A stretch of DNA of 64,000 nt, taken from Candidatus Saccharimonadales bacterium (GTDB taxonomy: Bacteria > Patescibacteriota > Saccharimonadia > Saccharimonadales > JAYRRP01). The DNA is taken from positions 13,061 to 77,060 of the forward strand of contig JAYRIP010000001.1 in NCBI GenBank assembly GCA_041906765.1. The letters run 5' to 3'. Positions 51,902 to 58,795 of the stretch are shown in pieces. Below the pieces are notes generated by a model. It made no database searches and was not told where the DNA came from. It worked only from the letters and a program-made list of their open reading frames with translations. A program made the position numbers and the translations under genes. The stretch's first letter is position 1. Every line of letters begins with the position of its first letter.

Positions 51902-51953
51902 GACCAACACTTGAGTTTTGCAGCCGATACGCTTACCATTATGAAAGTCATTT

Positions 51954-52040
51954 GCCGCAGTGGTGAAATTGGTATACACGCTAGTTTCAGGGACTAGTGG
52001 GAGCAATCCCGTGGAGGTTCGAGTCCTCTCTGCGGCACCA
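51954..52040 (+). tRNA. tRNA-Leu (anticodon CAG), CCA encoded
   Basis: Acceptor strands GCCGCAG/CTGCGGC pair. The anticodon loop is TTCAGGG. It has a long variable arm and the T-arm GGAGGTTCGAGTCCTCT. Confidence 0.9.
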
Positions 52041-52224
52041 TATTGGGTTCAGTGCCTAGTTGGAGTGCGGGTTGGTAACTATAAGTGAGACTCGAACCGA
52101 TAGGCGTACATTGCTTGGGGCAATGTACGGAATCCTTGCTTGGCTGAGCGAGCATTTGCGCGCGGGCAACGCGCACAAATGTTGCCGAGCGAACATGAGG
52201 AGTCGAGTCCTCTCTGCGGCACCA
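52019..52224 (+). repeat. 22-nt direct repeat of the tRNA-Leu(CAG) 3' end (TCGAGTCCTCTCTGCGGCACCA at 52019-52040 and 52203-52224) bracketing a 162-nt structured spacer
   Basis: The copies are exact. The spacer holds hairpins gcgtacattgc/gcaatgtacg (52104-52129) and catttgcgcgc/cgcgcacaaatg (52153-52181). It also holds an inverted 10-nt copy of the T-arm (gactcgaacc, 52089-52098). Confidence 0.85.
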
Positions 52225-52301
52225 GGCATAGATAGTATGTATACAAATAACGAGATTGCTACGAGAGCTTAAATACGCTATTATTCGTCGGTGATCAGTA
52301 T

Positions 52302-52378
52302 GGGTGGCTAGCTCAGTTGGCTAGAGCACCTCGTTTACACCGAGGGGGTCGGGGGTTCGAATCCCTCGCCACCCACCA
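52302..52378 (+). tRNA. tRNA-Val (anticodon TAC), CCA encoded
   Basis: Acceptor strands GGGTGGC/GCCACCC pair. The anticodon loop is TTTACAC and the T-arm is GGGGGTTCGAATCCCTC. Confidence 0.9.
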
Positions 52379-52564
52379 TACAGCTTTTGTTAAGAATTGT
52401 TTGTGGCGAAGGAAGCCAACTGCTTGGCTTTCGTGGGATGAAAACAGTCGGAGCCCTGTGTGAGTTTTGGCCTAAGGGCCAAAGGCGAACACGGTGAGAC
52501 GGGCTCGCGAGACTTTACCGTCAGGTAAAGTACTTGTGAGTCGAATCCCTCGCCACCCACCATA
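52357..52564 (+). repeat. 24-nt direct repeat of the tRNA-Val 3' end (TCGAATCCCTCGCCACCCACCATA at 52357-52380 and 52541-52564) bracketing a 162-nt structured spacer
   Basis: The copies are exact. The spacer has GTGAG (52460-52464) followed by a 7-bp hairpin tttggcc taag ggccaaa (52466-52483) and then gcgaac. A second hairpin ctttacc gtca ggtaaag lies at 52513-52530. Confidence 0.85.
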
Positions 52565-52566
52565 AG

Positions 52567-52592
52567 CACCCCTAAATGCAAGGGGTGTTTTT
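52567..52592 (+). terminator. Rho-independent terminator following the second copy of the tRNA-Val 3' end
   Basis: cacccct aaatgca aggggtg followed by TTTTT. Confidence 0.7.
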
Positions 52593-52702
52593 GTTGGCAA
52601 AGCAAGCCGGCTGTCTGGACGTACTTTAAGCAATTGTTAAAAAGCTCACTGCTTATAGGGTACTGCCCGAGTTATGCTGAAGGGCAGCAAGGAGAGAAAC
52701 CA

Positions 52703-53074
52703 ATGGCTAATTCCCATTTACGGCAAGCAGCAGCAGATGTATGGAGAGCTGTGGAAGATGCCGGCCGGGAAGCACGCGAGTTACAGGTATTAATTGATGA
52801 AACAAGGCGTGCCAGGGAACAACAAACGCGAAGCTTACGGCGCCAGCGCTCATTACTGCTTTCCACGGCTGCCCAGCAAAGTACCGTAACGGAAGAACGG
52901 TTTGCGCTTGAACGTCAGGCGCAGGATCTCGAAAATCGGGCAATCCAGACTGAGCAAGATATGAATCGCAAGGTCAATCAGCTCATCCAGGCTGTGCACC
53001 ATAAGGAGTTGATGCGCAATAACCTCGAATCACAAGCTCGTAATTTGGAACGCCAAGCTGCCCAGTGGGGTTAG
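52703..53074 (+). CDS. Hypothetical coiled-coil protein
   Basis: The start is set at ATG 52703, preceded by AAGGAGAG. It is about 123 aa, rich in Q/R/E heptads (RELQVLIDETRRAREQQTRSLRRQ...). Confidence 0.55.
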   Translation: MANSHLRQAAADVWRAVEDAGREARELQVLIDETRRAREQQTRSLRRQRSLLLSTAAQQSTVTEERFALERQAQDLENRAIQTEQDMNRKVNQLIQAVHHKELMRNNLESQARNLERQAAQWG

Positions 53075-53149
53075 CAGGGTCCAAGTTGAATGTTTACCTC
53101 TTATCAGTTATGATAAATGTGCTTTTTGCCAGTTTAAATGGCGCTTTAG

Positions 53150-53225
53150 CTCAGTTGGTAGAGCAGAGGCCTGAAGAGCCTTGTGTCCCCAGTTCGAGTC
53201 TGGGAGGCGCCACCATAAAACTTTT
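53150..53225 (+). tRNA. tRNA-Phe (anticodon GAA), CCA encoded
   Basis: Acceptor strands GGCGCTT/AGGCGCC pair. The anticodon loop is CTGAAGA and the T-arm is CCCAGTTCGAGTCTGGG. Confidence 0.9.
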
Positions 53226-53393
53226 GTAACCTTTTTCCTGGTGAGAAAAGTTTCATTATGTCTCTACAGACGAAGAACTGGATCTTTTGCGTAGCAAAAG
53301 CAGTTTGACGCCAGCGAAGTCACGCACAGGAATATATTCCGAGCATGACGAAGTGCGCGAAGGCGTAGCCGAAGGTCTGGGAGGCGCCACCAT
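53208..53393 (+). repeat. 19-nt direct repeat of the tRNA-Phe 3' end (GTCTGGGAGGCGCCACCAT at 53208-53226 and 53375-53393) bracketing a 149-nt structured spacer
   Basis: The copies are exact. The spacer holds hairpins cttttgc gta gcaaaag (53294-53310), the palindrome ggaatatattcc, and tgcgc gaag gcgta near the 3' end. Confidence 0.85.
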
Positions 53394-53405
53394 GGCAAGA
53401 TTACA

Positions 53406-53436
53406 AACAAAAAGAGGGAATCAAGCCCTCTTTTTG
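53406..53436 (+). terminator. Rho-independent terminator following the second copy of the tRNA-Phe 3' end
   Basis: aaaaagaggg aatcaa gccctcttttt. Confidence 0.7.
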
Positions 53437-53450
53437 TTTAAATAAACGTT

Positions 53451-54872
53451 ATGCATGAGAACAACAGACCTAGAATCACAGGCGTAGAAACAGAGTTCGG
53501 TTTCGTATATGAGCTGCAACAAGGCAACGGCTGCTATGATTTCGCCTATAGCCCCCACGCCGACACTATATTATCCGATAACTTACCCGCGGGTATTCAC
53601 CGTACCAACAAGCGTGGGATGCTTAGTAACGGTGCCCGGGTATATATAGATATTGGCGCCCACCCAGAATTTTCTACGGCCGAAGCCGCCACTTTCAAGG
53701 ACGTCATAGCGCAAGACCTGGCAGGCGAACGCATTATTTTTCAATCTTTTCAACGGATGGCAGAAAGAGGCATGCTGAAAAGCTTTCAGCTAAACAAAAG
53801 GGTGGCGGACATGTGTGGCACTTACTGGGGCAGGCATGAGAACTATCTAGTACCACGCACGCTGGACACAAATACCGAAATCGTGCCTCAGGTTGCCTTA
53901 CATTTGGCTACTAGGTCAATATGGGCTGGAGCCGGAATGCTTCGTCCCGACAGCGAATACGTGATGGCACAAAAGATAAATGCTATTCGCACCCTGTGCA
54001 GCTATTCCGCTAGCAGGGAAGGCTTGCGCCCGTTGGTGGATATAGGTCGTGATGAGCCGCATGCCGATAAATCATTGTGGCGCCGTCTTCATGTGGCTTC
54101 GGCAGACTCTAATATGTTCCCGTGGACTTCTTGGATGTCTCTCGGCACAACATCAATCGTCTTAAGAATGGTGGAACAGGGGGATGACTTAAGTGACCTA
54201 CACTTGTACAATCCGGTTCAAGCAGCACATAAGACAATACGTGATCTTGACCTGAATGCCAGCTTGTCGCTAAAAAATTCCACAAAACCAATGACAGCTT
54301 TAGACATACAGGAAGCTTTAGCGGAACGGGCGTGTGTAATGTCACAAAACGGTTGTCTTCCACCTGAAGAGCAGCAGATAGCTGCTGAATGGATGAAATT
54401 GTGCCAGGATTTAAGGCGGGATTCCGAACAATGCGCTGAACGAGTAGAGTGGATTGCAAAATATATGTTTCTTGGCAAAGTCGCCGCCAAAAAGAATATA
54501 GCCTTTCATAGCGAGCCCCTAAGGAAGTTAGATATAGCTTGGGACAACCTAGATACAGACAAAGGCATAGCTCAAAAAATCCGCGCCAAACGAAGTTTGC
54601 CCGAGATAGTAAGCGAAGAAGAAGTGCAGGCAGCCATGATAGAGCCTCCGCACACGAGGGCCCATACAAGAGGACGGCTTATAAAAAACTTTGCTAGCCT
54701 ACAGAATCTAGAATCCCCTCCGATTAGTGAACATATTATTGATTGGCATGAATTTGCGATTAAACACTCTAAGGGTGGCAATACTGGAATCTATCAAGTT
54801 GTTCTTAATGATCCTTACGAAACCGAATCTGCCGAAGCAGATGAGATGCTGTATCTGATGTCTAAATTTTAA
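53451..54872 (+). CDS. Pup-ligase/deamidase family protein (PafA/Dop-like)
   Basis: RITGVETEFG, NGARVYIDIGAHPEFSTAE and GRHENYLV match the conserved PafA/Dop N-terminal and active-site motifs. 473 aa. Confidence 0.75.
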   Translation: MHENNRPRITGVETEFGFVYELQQGNGCYDFAYSPHADTILSDNLPAGIHRTNKRGMLSNGARVYIDIGAHPEFSTAEAATFKDVIAQDLAGERIIFQSFQRMAERGMLKSFQLNKRVADMCGTYWGRHENYLVPRTLDTNTEIVPQVALHLATRSIWAGAGMLRPDSEYVMAQKINAIRTLCSYSASREGLRPLVDIGRDEPHADKSLWRRLHVASADSNMFPWTSWMSLGTTSIVLRMVEQGDDLSDLHLYNPVQAAHKTIRDLDLNASLSLKNSTKPMTALDIQEALAERACVMSQNGCLPPEEQQIAAEWMKLCQDLRRDSEQCAERVEWIAKYMFLGKVAAKKNIAFHSEPLRKLDIAWDNLDTDKGIAQKIRAKRSLPEIVSEEEVQAAMIEPPHTRAHTRGRLIKNFASLQNLESPPISEHIIDWHEFAIKHSKGGNTGIYQVVLNDPYETESAEADEMLYLMSKF

Positions 54873-55076
54873 CTGGTTGCACAGATAACGTTCACTCATT
54901 ATAATCTTACCCTGTTAATAGCTATTAGGATTAGGGTAGAAATTTTAATTGTTTAAAGTTTTTATCCCCCGATTAAAGAGAGGATTCTTTAATCGGAAGA
55001 GGAGCAGGCAACAAACGTATCTGCAAAACCAAAAGTTCCGCCTTGGTTTCGCAAGCAAGTTGTTAAACTGCGACGT

Positions 55077-55153
55077 GCGGGTGTAGCTCAGTTGTTTAGA
55101 GCGCTTCCTTGCCAAGGAAGAGGCCAGGGGTTAGAGTCCCCTCACCCGCACCA
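55077..55153 (+). tRNA. tRNA-Gly (anticodon GCC), CCA encoded
   Basis: Acceptor strands GCGGGTG/CACCCGC pair. The anticodon loop is TTGCCAA. The T-loop TTAGAGT is unusual. Confidence 0.9.
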
Positions 55154-55341
55154 AGTAAAGAGTCGGTCGAAAGACCGGCTTTTTACTTGGTCTGAGGCGG
55201 CTCTTACGCCTGGTCGAGAAGAGGCCAGGGTGAGAAGTGCCAGTGGCACTTCGCAAGGGAACCTTCCGATGAAAACTTGTTTTCAATGGTGAAGTTCCGG
55301 GCCCGCGGAAGGCGGGGAGAGTCCCCTCACCCGCACCAAGT
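55133..55341 (+). repeat. 24-nt direct repeat of the tRNA-Gly 3' end (AGAGTCCCCTCACCCGCACCAAGT at 55133-55156 and 55318-55341) bracketing a 164-nt structured spacer
   Basis: The copies are exact. The spacer starts with a terminator-like hairpin (55154-55190). It also contains a 13-nt copy of the tRNA variable/T-stem segment gaagaggccaggg (55218-55230), then GGGTGAG and hairpin aagtgcc agt ggcactt (55235-55251), followed by tgaaaa cttg ttttca and cccgc ggaag gcggg. Confidence 0.85.
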
Positions 55342-55713
55342 TGACACCAATGACTGTTCCCTATCAAGGGAGCTTTTATTTTTCTTGATTGAGCTGTCGG
55401 TTTCAACCTTAGCCAGTTCTGACTTCATTTTTGGTAAGTTGTCCTTGATTGGGATGACCCATGGATTAGGCTCTATGCTTACCGTTTTATTTGTAAGGAC
55501 TGGGTTACAGCCTATGGCTAACAGAATCTCTCTCCTCATACCGAAGTTACCCGCTTTAAAATTCTCACTAGCATTACATAGTCGTTCAAGAGTCATGCCG
55601 ATGATCTCGTACCAGTTTTTGACCCTTTCTGCGGTATCTTTCTGCTCTTTTTGGCGCAGGGCAAGCTCGGTCTCTATGACAATGCGAAGTGGCAAGAATT
55701 GAGCAATAGGCAC
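55327..55713 (-). pseudogene. Possible C-terminal remnant of a large serine recombinase
   Basis: 128-aa GTG-start ORF with a stop two codons upstream. GNFGMRREILLAIGCNPVLTNKTVSIEPNPW resembles, from memory, the tail motif (..K.EIL.ALGSN..L.DKKL.) of large serine recombinases. No catalytic N-domain is present. Confidence 0.35.
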
Positions 55714-55797
55714 TATGACTTACGCAAAATCTGGCACGCAGTCCTCTACCTAACGGGAAAGATGGCCATGGCGCAGAAAAAGGCTTCCAAACGATAA
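55684..55797 (+). mobile_element. Degraded N-terminal fragment of an IS5-type (DUF4096-like) transposase
   Basis: The frame reads ...KWQELSNRHYDLRKIWHAVLYLTGK.... D-L-R-x-I-x-x-A-V-L-Y-L-x-TG matches the conserved DLR..lnAIlYvlrTG motif. The frame breaks right after it and there is no start codon. Confidence 0.4.
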
Positions 55798-55845
55798 CTG
55801 CTCGTGAATGATTAATCACTAGATATCTAATTTGTAGTATACCTA

Positions 55846-55874
55846 TTGACAATGTAGTACTTGTCTGCTAACAT
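55846..55874 (+). promoter_or_regulatory. Sigma-70-like promoter TTGACA-N17-TAACAT for the GHKL operon, predicting a leaderless or near-leaderless first gene
   Basis: Consensus -35 at 55846-55851 and -10 at 55869-55874. The ATG at 55885 lies only about 4 nt beyond the expected transcription start. Confidence 0.5.
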
Positions 55875-55884
55875 ACGTACTACC

Positions 55885-56103
55885 ATGACAAATGAGAGTA
55901 AAAACGAAAAATTCAAGCGGTTAGCCAAGCAGCGCGGCGATCGTGTATTGAAGGACATCGAGTTACTCGGTAATCTGGGCAACCGGAATAATTATGATTA
56001 TTCCGAATCAGATGTCAGAAAGCTGTTTTCGACTCTAGAGGAGGAGTTACGAATAGCTAAGACGAGGTTTAAGCAAAATAAAAAGCGCGAAATAAGATTC
56101 TAG
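55885..56103 (+). CDS. Small basic helical protein (72 aa), first gene of the GHKL operon
   Basis: MTNESKNEKFKRLAKQRGDRVLKDIELLGNLGNRNNYDYSESDVRKLF.... The TTG at 55861 proposed by the ORF track lies inside the promoter. Confidence 0.5.
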   Translation: MTNESKNEKFKRLAKQRGDRVLKDIELLGNLGNRNNYDYSESDVRKLFSTLEEELRIAKTRFKQNKKREIRF

Positions 56104-56138
56104 GGTATGGTAATTACATAATTTAGGGGGACCAATAA

Positions 56139-58151
56139 ATGGCCACATTCACACAACCCATCAACCGAGCGGCAGACCTTAAAGCAATATTGGATGGTTA
56201 CGAACAAGCAATTAAAAAAGATAGTTGGTTGTCCGAAGCTTTTCAAAAGGATGGAATACAGAACGCATGGGGAGCACGTACCTCTTCGAGGGGCAATGGT
56301 TGGGAGGTTAAACTCCTCTATTACAGCGACCCCTCGACTTCTAGGACCTTCGCAATAATTGAAGACGCAGGAACCTACGGTTTAACAGGTAACGTGCCAG
56401 AGAACGTAGAGGAAGAAATACGCTTGCTTGAATCTGAAGATGAAAGGCAGCGTTTGGGACGGTTTCTGAGTTCGAACTGGAGCTTAAAAACGGAAAACTC
56501 TTTGGGCTCGCGAGGCCGCGGTAAGATGATTTTTGTTGGAGCTTCAACAACCAATGAAATGTATTTTGAAACAGTCAAGAGCGATGACAACTATTACGTA
56601 TTCGGCAGAACTTATTTGGATAAGGATAAGACCATGAAGGTCGAAGTTCAAAAAGGCAGGCAGGCACACGAAATGCGTGAGCGAGTATTTGGTCATAGAT
56701 TTCCTGCCGTACGCCATGTAGGTACGAGAATCATCGTACCGGAACCAGAACAAGAGCTAGCTGATGCGCTTAGAACGGGTAGCATTGCAGAAAGCATCCA
56801 GTTGACATGGTGGGAGATTATAAATAAGTACCAGGCAAAGATTTATGTCGGGGAGCTCAGTAACGCGAAGCTAGTAGAGGCTTCGCCCTGGCTTCCAACT
56901 GAGGTGTCTGGCATAAATAAACAAAAAAGCTATACGAATATAGCAATAGAGCCAGGCTCTATTTTAAAAATCAAGAGGATCGGCCTCGCATACCTTCAAG
57001 ACAAAGAGGTTCCGATTAATTACCAGGGTATAGCGATACAGCGTGGGGGCATGAACATCCAAGTGATGCCGACAACTAAGTTGTTGCGCGAAGTACCAGA
57101 GGGCAAAATTTTTGGCTCAGTTGAGTTCGACAGATCGCTCGACGATGCGATGTTAGAGCTTGAGCATGCCGAGCACTATGACTTTAAGTGGCACAAGGGT
57201 GTCGCTTATAAAGTTAACCGAGAGCTTAAAAAAATCGTAAATGATTTTGCCCGGGAATTTAAAATCCTAAATGATGAACGAGAGGCCTCCTCAAAAGACA
57301 GAAAAGAGGCTGCATCCGCTGTTCAACGAGAGTTGAATGATATTGCCAAATCATTGGGGCTAAAAGGTTTAGGATTTGGGACAAAGACCAAGGGATTGCC
57401 GCGTCCGGCTCCTGTTGAGCCAGAACAGATTACAATTTCGATACCTGAGTTTAAGACGCCTAATACCAATGGACAGGTAAGTGCGGGACAGTACCTTACG
57501 GGAACCTACGCACTTGCCAGTAGCGAGTATGCAGAGCAATTAAAGGTCAGCTCCCAAATTTGGATCTATAGAGAAGGGGGCTTTAACCTTCCTGGCTTAG
57601 TCGAATCGCGAGAAGGAGTTGTAGGTAGCGGAATTGCAGCATTAAGAGTAGGTTGGGACGACTTACACATAGACGATCGCTTTGAAAAGGGTCACTACTT
57701 TCTTAAGGCAAAATTGATTGCGCTTGAGGACCGAACGATGGATGACGGTAAGGAAATCGAAAAAGGTGACATTCTATACCGAGAAGTTTCAAGACCATTT
57801 TGGGTTGATGAAGAGCCGCCAGCAAAGGGTTTCTTTAAAGACATCGTAGCTCTCTCCAAAGGCCGAGAAAACTATGTCTGGTGGGAATACGAAGACGGCT
57901 ATGTGCTTTGCTATAACAAAGAACACCCACGCATTAAAGAGATAATCGATGATGACGAAGCATATAAGGATTTGCTTCGCAAGGAAGGTACTCTTATCCT
58001 TTGGGCCATCGTTTTAAACAATGTCATTGCTAACCCCGAAGAGATGGACAAGAAGATACTGAAATTAACGGATGGTGTAGAAGAGCAATCTTTGGAAAGC
58101 CAGGTGGGCTGGCTGCTCAGCCGTCGCAGTGAAGTGCTATGGGGTAAATGA
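56139..58151 (+). CDS. GHKL-superfamily (MORC/MutL/Hsp90-like) ATPase-domain protein, 670 aa
   Basis: N-box-like EAFQKDGIQNAWGA, G1-like IIEDAGTYGLTG and G2-like GSRGRGKMIF. A strong RBS AGGGGGA precedes the ATG. The C-terminal approx 400 aa have no recognisable domain. Confidence 0.65.
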   Translation: MATFTQPINRAADLKAILDGYEQAIKKDSWLSEAFQKDGIQNAWGARTSSRGNGWEVKLLYYSDPSTSRTFAIIEDAGTYGLTGNVPENVEEEIRLLESEDERQRLGRFLSSNWSLKTENSLGSRGRGKMIFVGASTTNEMYFETVKSDDNYYVFGRTYLDKDKTMKVEVQKGRQAHEMRERVFGHRFPAVRHVGTRIIVPEPEQELADALRTGSIAESIQLTWWEIINKYQAKIYVGELSNAKLVEASPWLPTEVSGINKQKSYTNIAIEPGSILKIKRIGLAYLQDKEVPINYQGIAIQRGGMNIQVMPTTKLLREVPEGKIFGSVEFDRSLDDAMLELEHAEHYDFKWHKGVAYKVNRELKKIVNDFAREFKILNDEREASSKDRKEAASAVQRELNDIAKSLGLKGLGFGTKTKGLPRPAPVEPEQITISIPEFKTPNTNGQVSAGQYLTGTYALASSEYAEQLKVSSQIWIYREGGFNLPGLVESREGVVGSGIAALRVGWDDLHIDDRFEKGHYFLKAKLIALEDRTMDDGKEIEKGDILYREVSRPFWVDEEPPAKGFFKDIVALSKGRENYVWWEYEDGYVLCYNKEHPRIKEIIDDDEAYKDLLRKEGTLILWAIVLNNVIANPEEMDKKILKLTDGVEEQSLESQVGWLLSRRSEVLWGK

Positions 58152-58795
58152 TGGCTATAGTCTTACGCCGAGGCGGTGAAAAACAGTATAAAAGCGGTAC
58201 CGGCAGGGTAACCAGTGAGGATAGTCTAAAAGCAGACCAACTGGATAATGAGCTTAGTATAAAAATCAAGGCATATGAACAGGATGCTCTGAAAAGAGGT
58301 CTTATACTCCCCAATGGCACAAAAAAAGACGCATTACGGATTTGGTATGATATCGGAAAGTTGCTGTATGACATAGCCGATAAATATGGTGTATTGGGCA
58401 CATCCGATGAGCTTTACTATTGGCAGTCAATTTACGACCACGTTTCGCCTTTAATTCAAAAACTCGGGCCTCCTCAAAGTACATCGAACACTAGGAATCA
58501 CTTTAGATTGTGCGCTTACATGGCTAGTAAGGGCGATTGGGACTTTGTTAGCAGTGTGGGTAACTGGTCCGTATGGCGAGACTTATTAGATAATAGTAGA
58601 ATCCAAGAAGATCCACGGGTATTTGATTGGGTAGTTAATGCAATACATACGTCAGGCCTTGGGCATAAGGAAGTCAGACCGTTCGTACACGAAGTCCGGC
58701 GAAGTATAAAAAACAAAGACACTACGGTATTAACCGACAAAGAGTTGGTAGCTAAGCTGCAACCATTACTGGGTTTGATTCCTTCGAAATCTTAA
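58148..58795 (+). CDS. Hypothetical 215-aa protein, translationally coupled (ATGA) to the GHKL ATPase
   Basis: There is a 4-nt start/stop overlap with the upstream gene. I could not identify any nuclease motif. Confidence 0.6.
   Translation: MMAIVLRRGGEKQYKSGTGRVTSEDSLKADQLDNELSIKIKAYEQDALKRGLILPNGTKKDALRIWYDIGKLLYDIADKYGVLGTSDELYYWQSIYDHVSPLIQKLGPPQSTSNTRNHFRLCAYMASKGDWDFVSSVGNWSVWRDLLDNSRIQEDPRVFDWVVNAIHTSGLGHKEVRPFVHEVRRSIKNKDTTVLTDKELVAKLQPLLGLIPSKS

Noticed and set aside
52060-52175. Possible minus-strand tRNA suggested by GGTTCGAGTC on the reverse strand of the Leu spacer
   Set aside because: The flanking 5 nt do not form a T-stem. The adjacent hairpin has a 9-10 bp stem with a 5-nt loop rather than an anticodon arm, and no acceptor pairing could be found. 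I interpret it instead as an inverted partial copy of the T-arm.
52060-52605. ORFs 52060-52272 (+) and 52390-52605 (-) across the tRNA-Leu and tRNA-Val modules
   Set aside because: They run through tRNA genes and strong hairpins and have no RBS. They are best explained as chance ORFs in structured RNA regions.
54109-54669. 186-aa minus-strand ORF inside the Pup-ligase-family gene
   Set aside because: It is antisense to a gene with strong family motifs. It has no RBS or motif support.
53226-55076. Search for a Pup/UBact-like small ORF (C-terminal GGQ/GGE) flanking the Pup-ligase-family gene
   Set aside because: No ORF with a start codon, an RBS and such a C-terminus was found on either strand in the flanking intergenic regions. 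Absence here does not exclude one elsewhere in the genome.
55270-55290. Hammerhead-like string CGATGAAAAC in the tRNA-Gly spacer
   Set aside because: It lacks the full CUGAUGA...GAAA core with three helices in the correct arrangement. The segment is simply one arm of a conserved hairpin.
55092-55406. ORFs 55092-55292 (+) and 55131-55406 (-) across tRNA-Gly and its module
   Set aside because: They overlap the tRNA and terminator. They are Arg/Gly/Pro-rich translations typical of GC-rich structured RNA read out of context.
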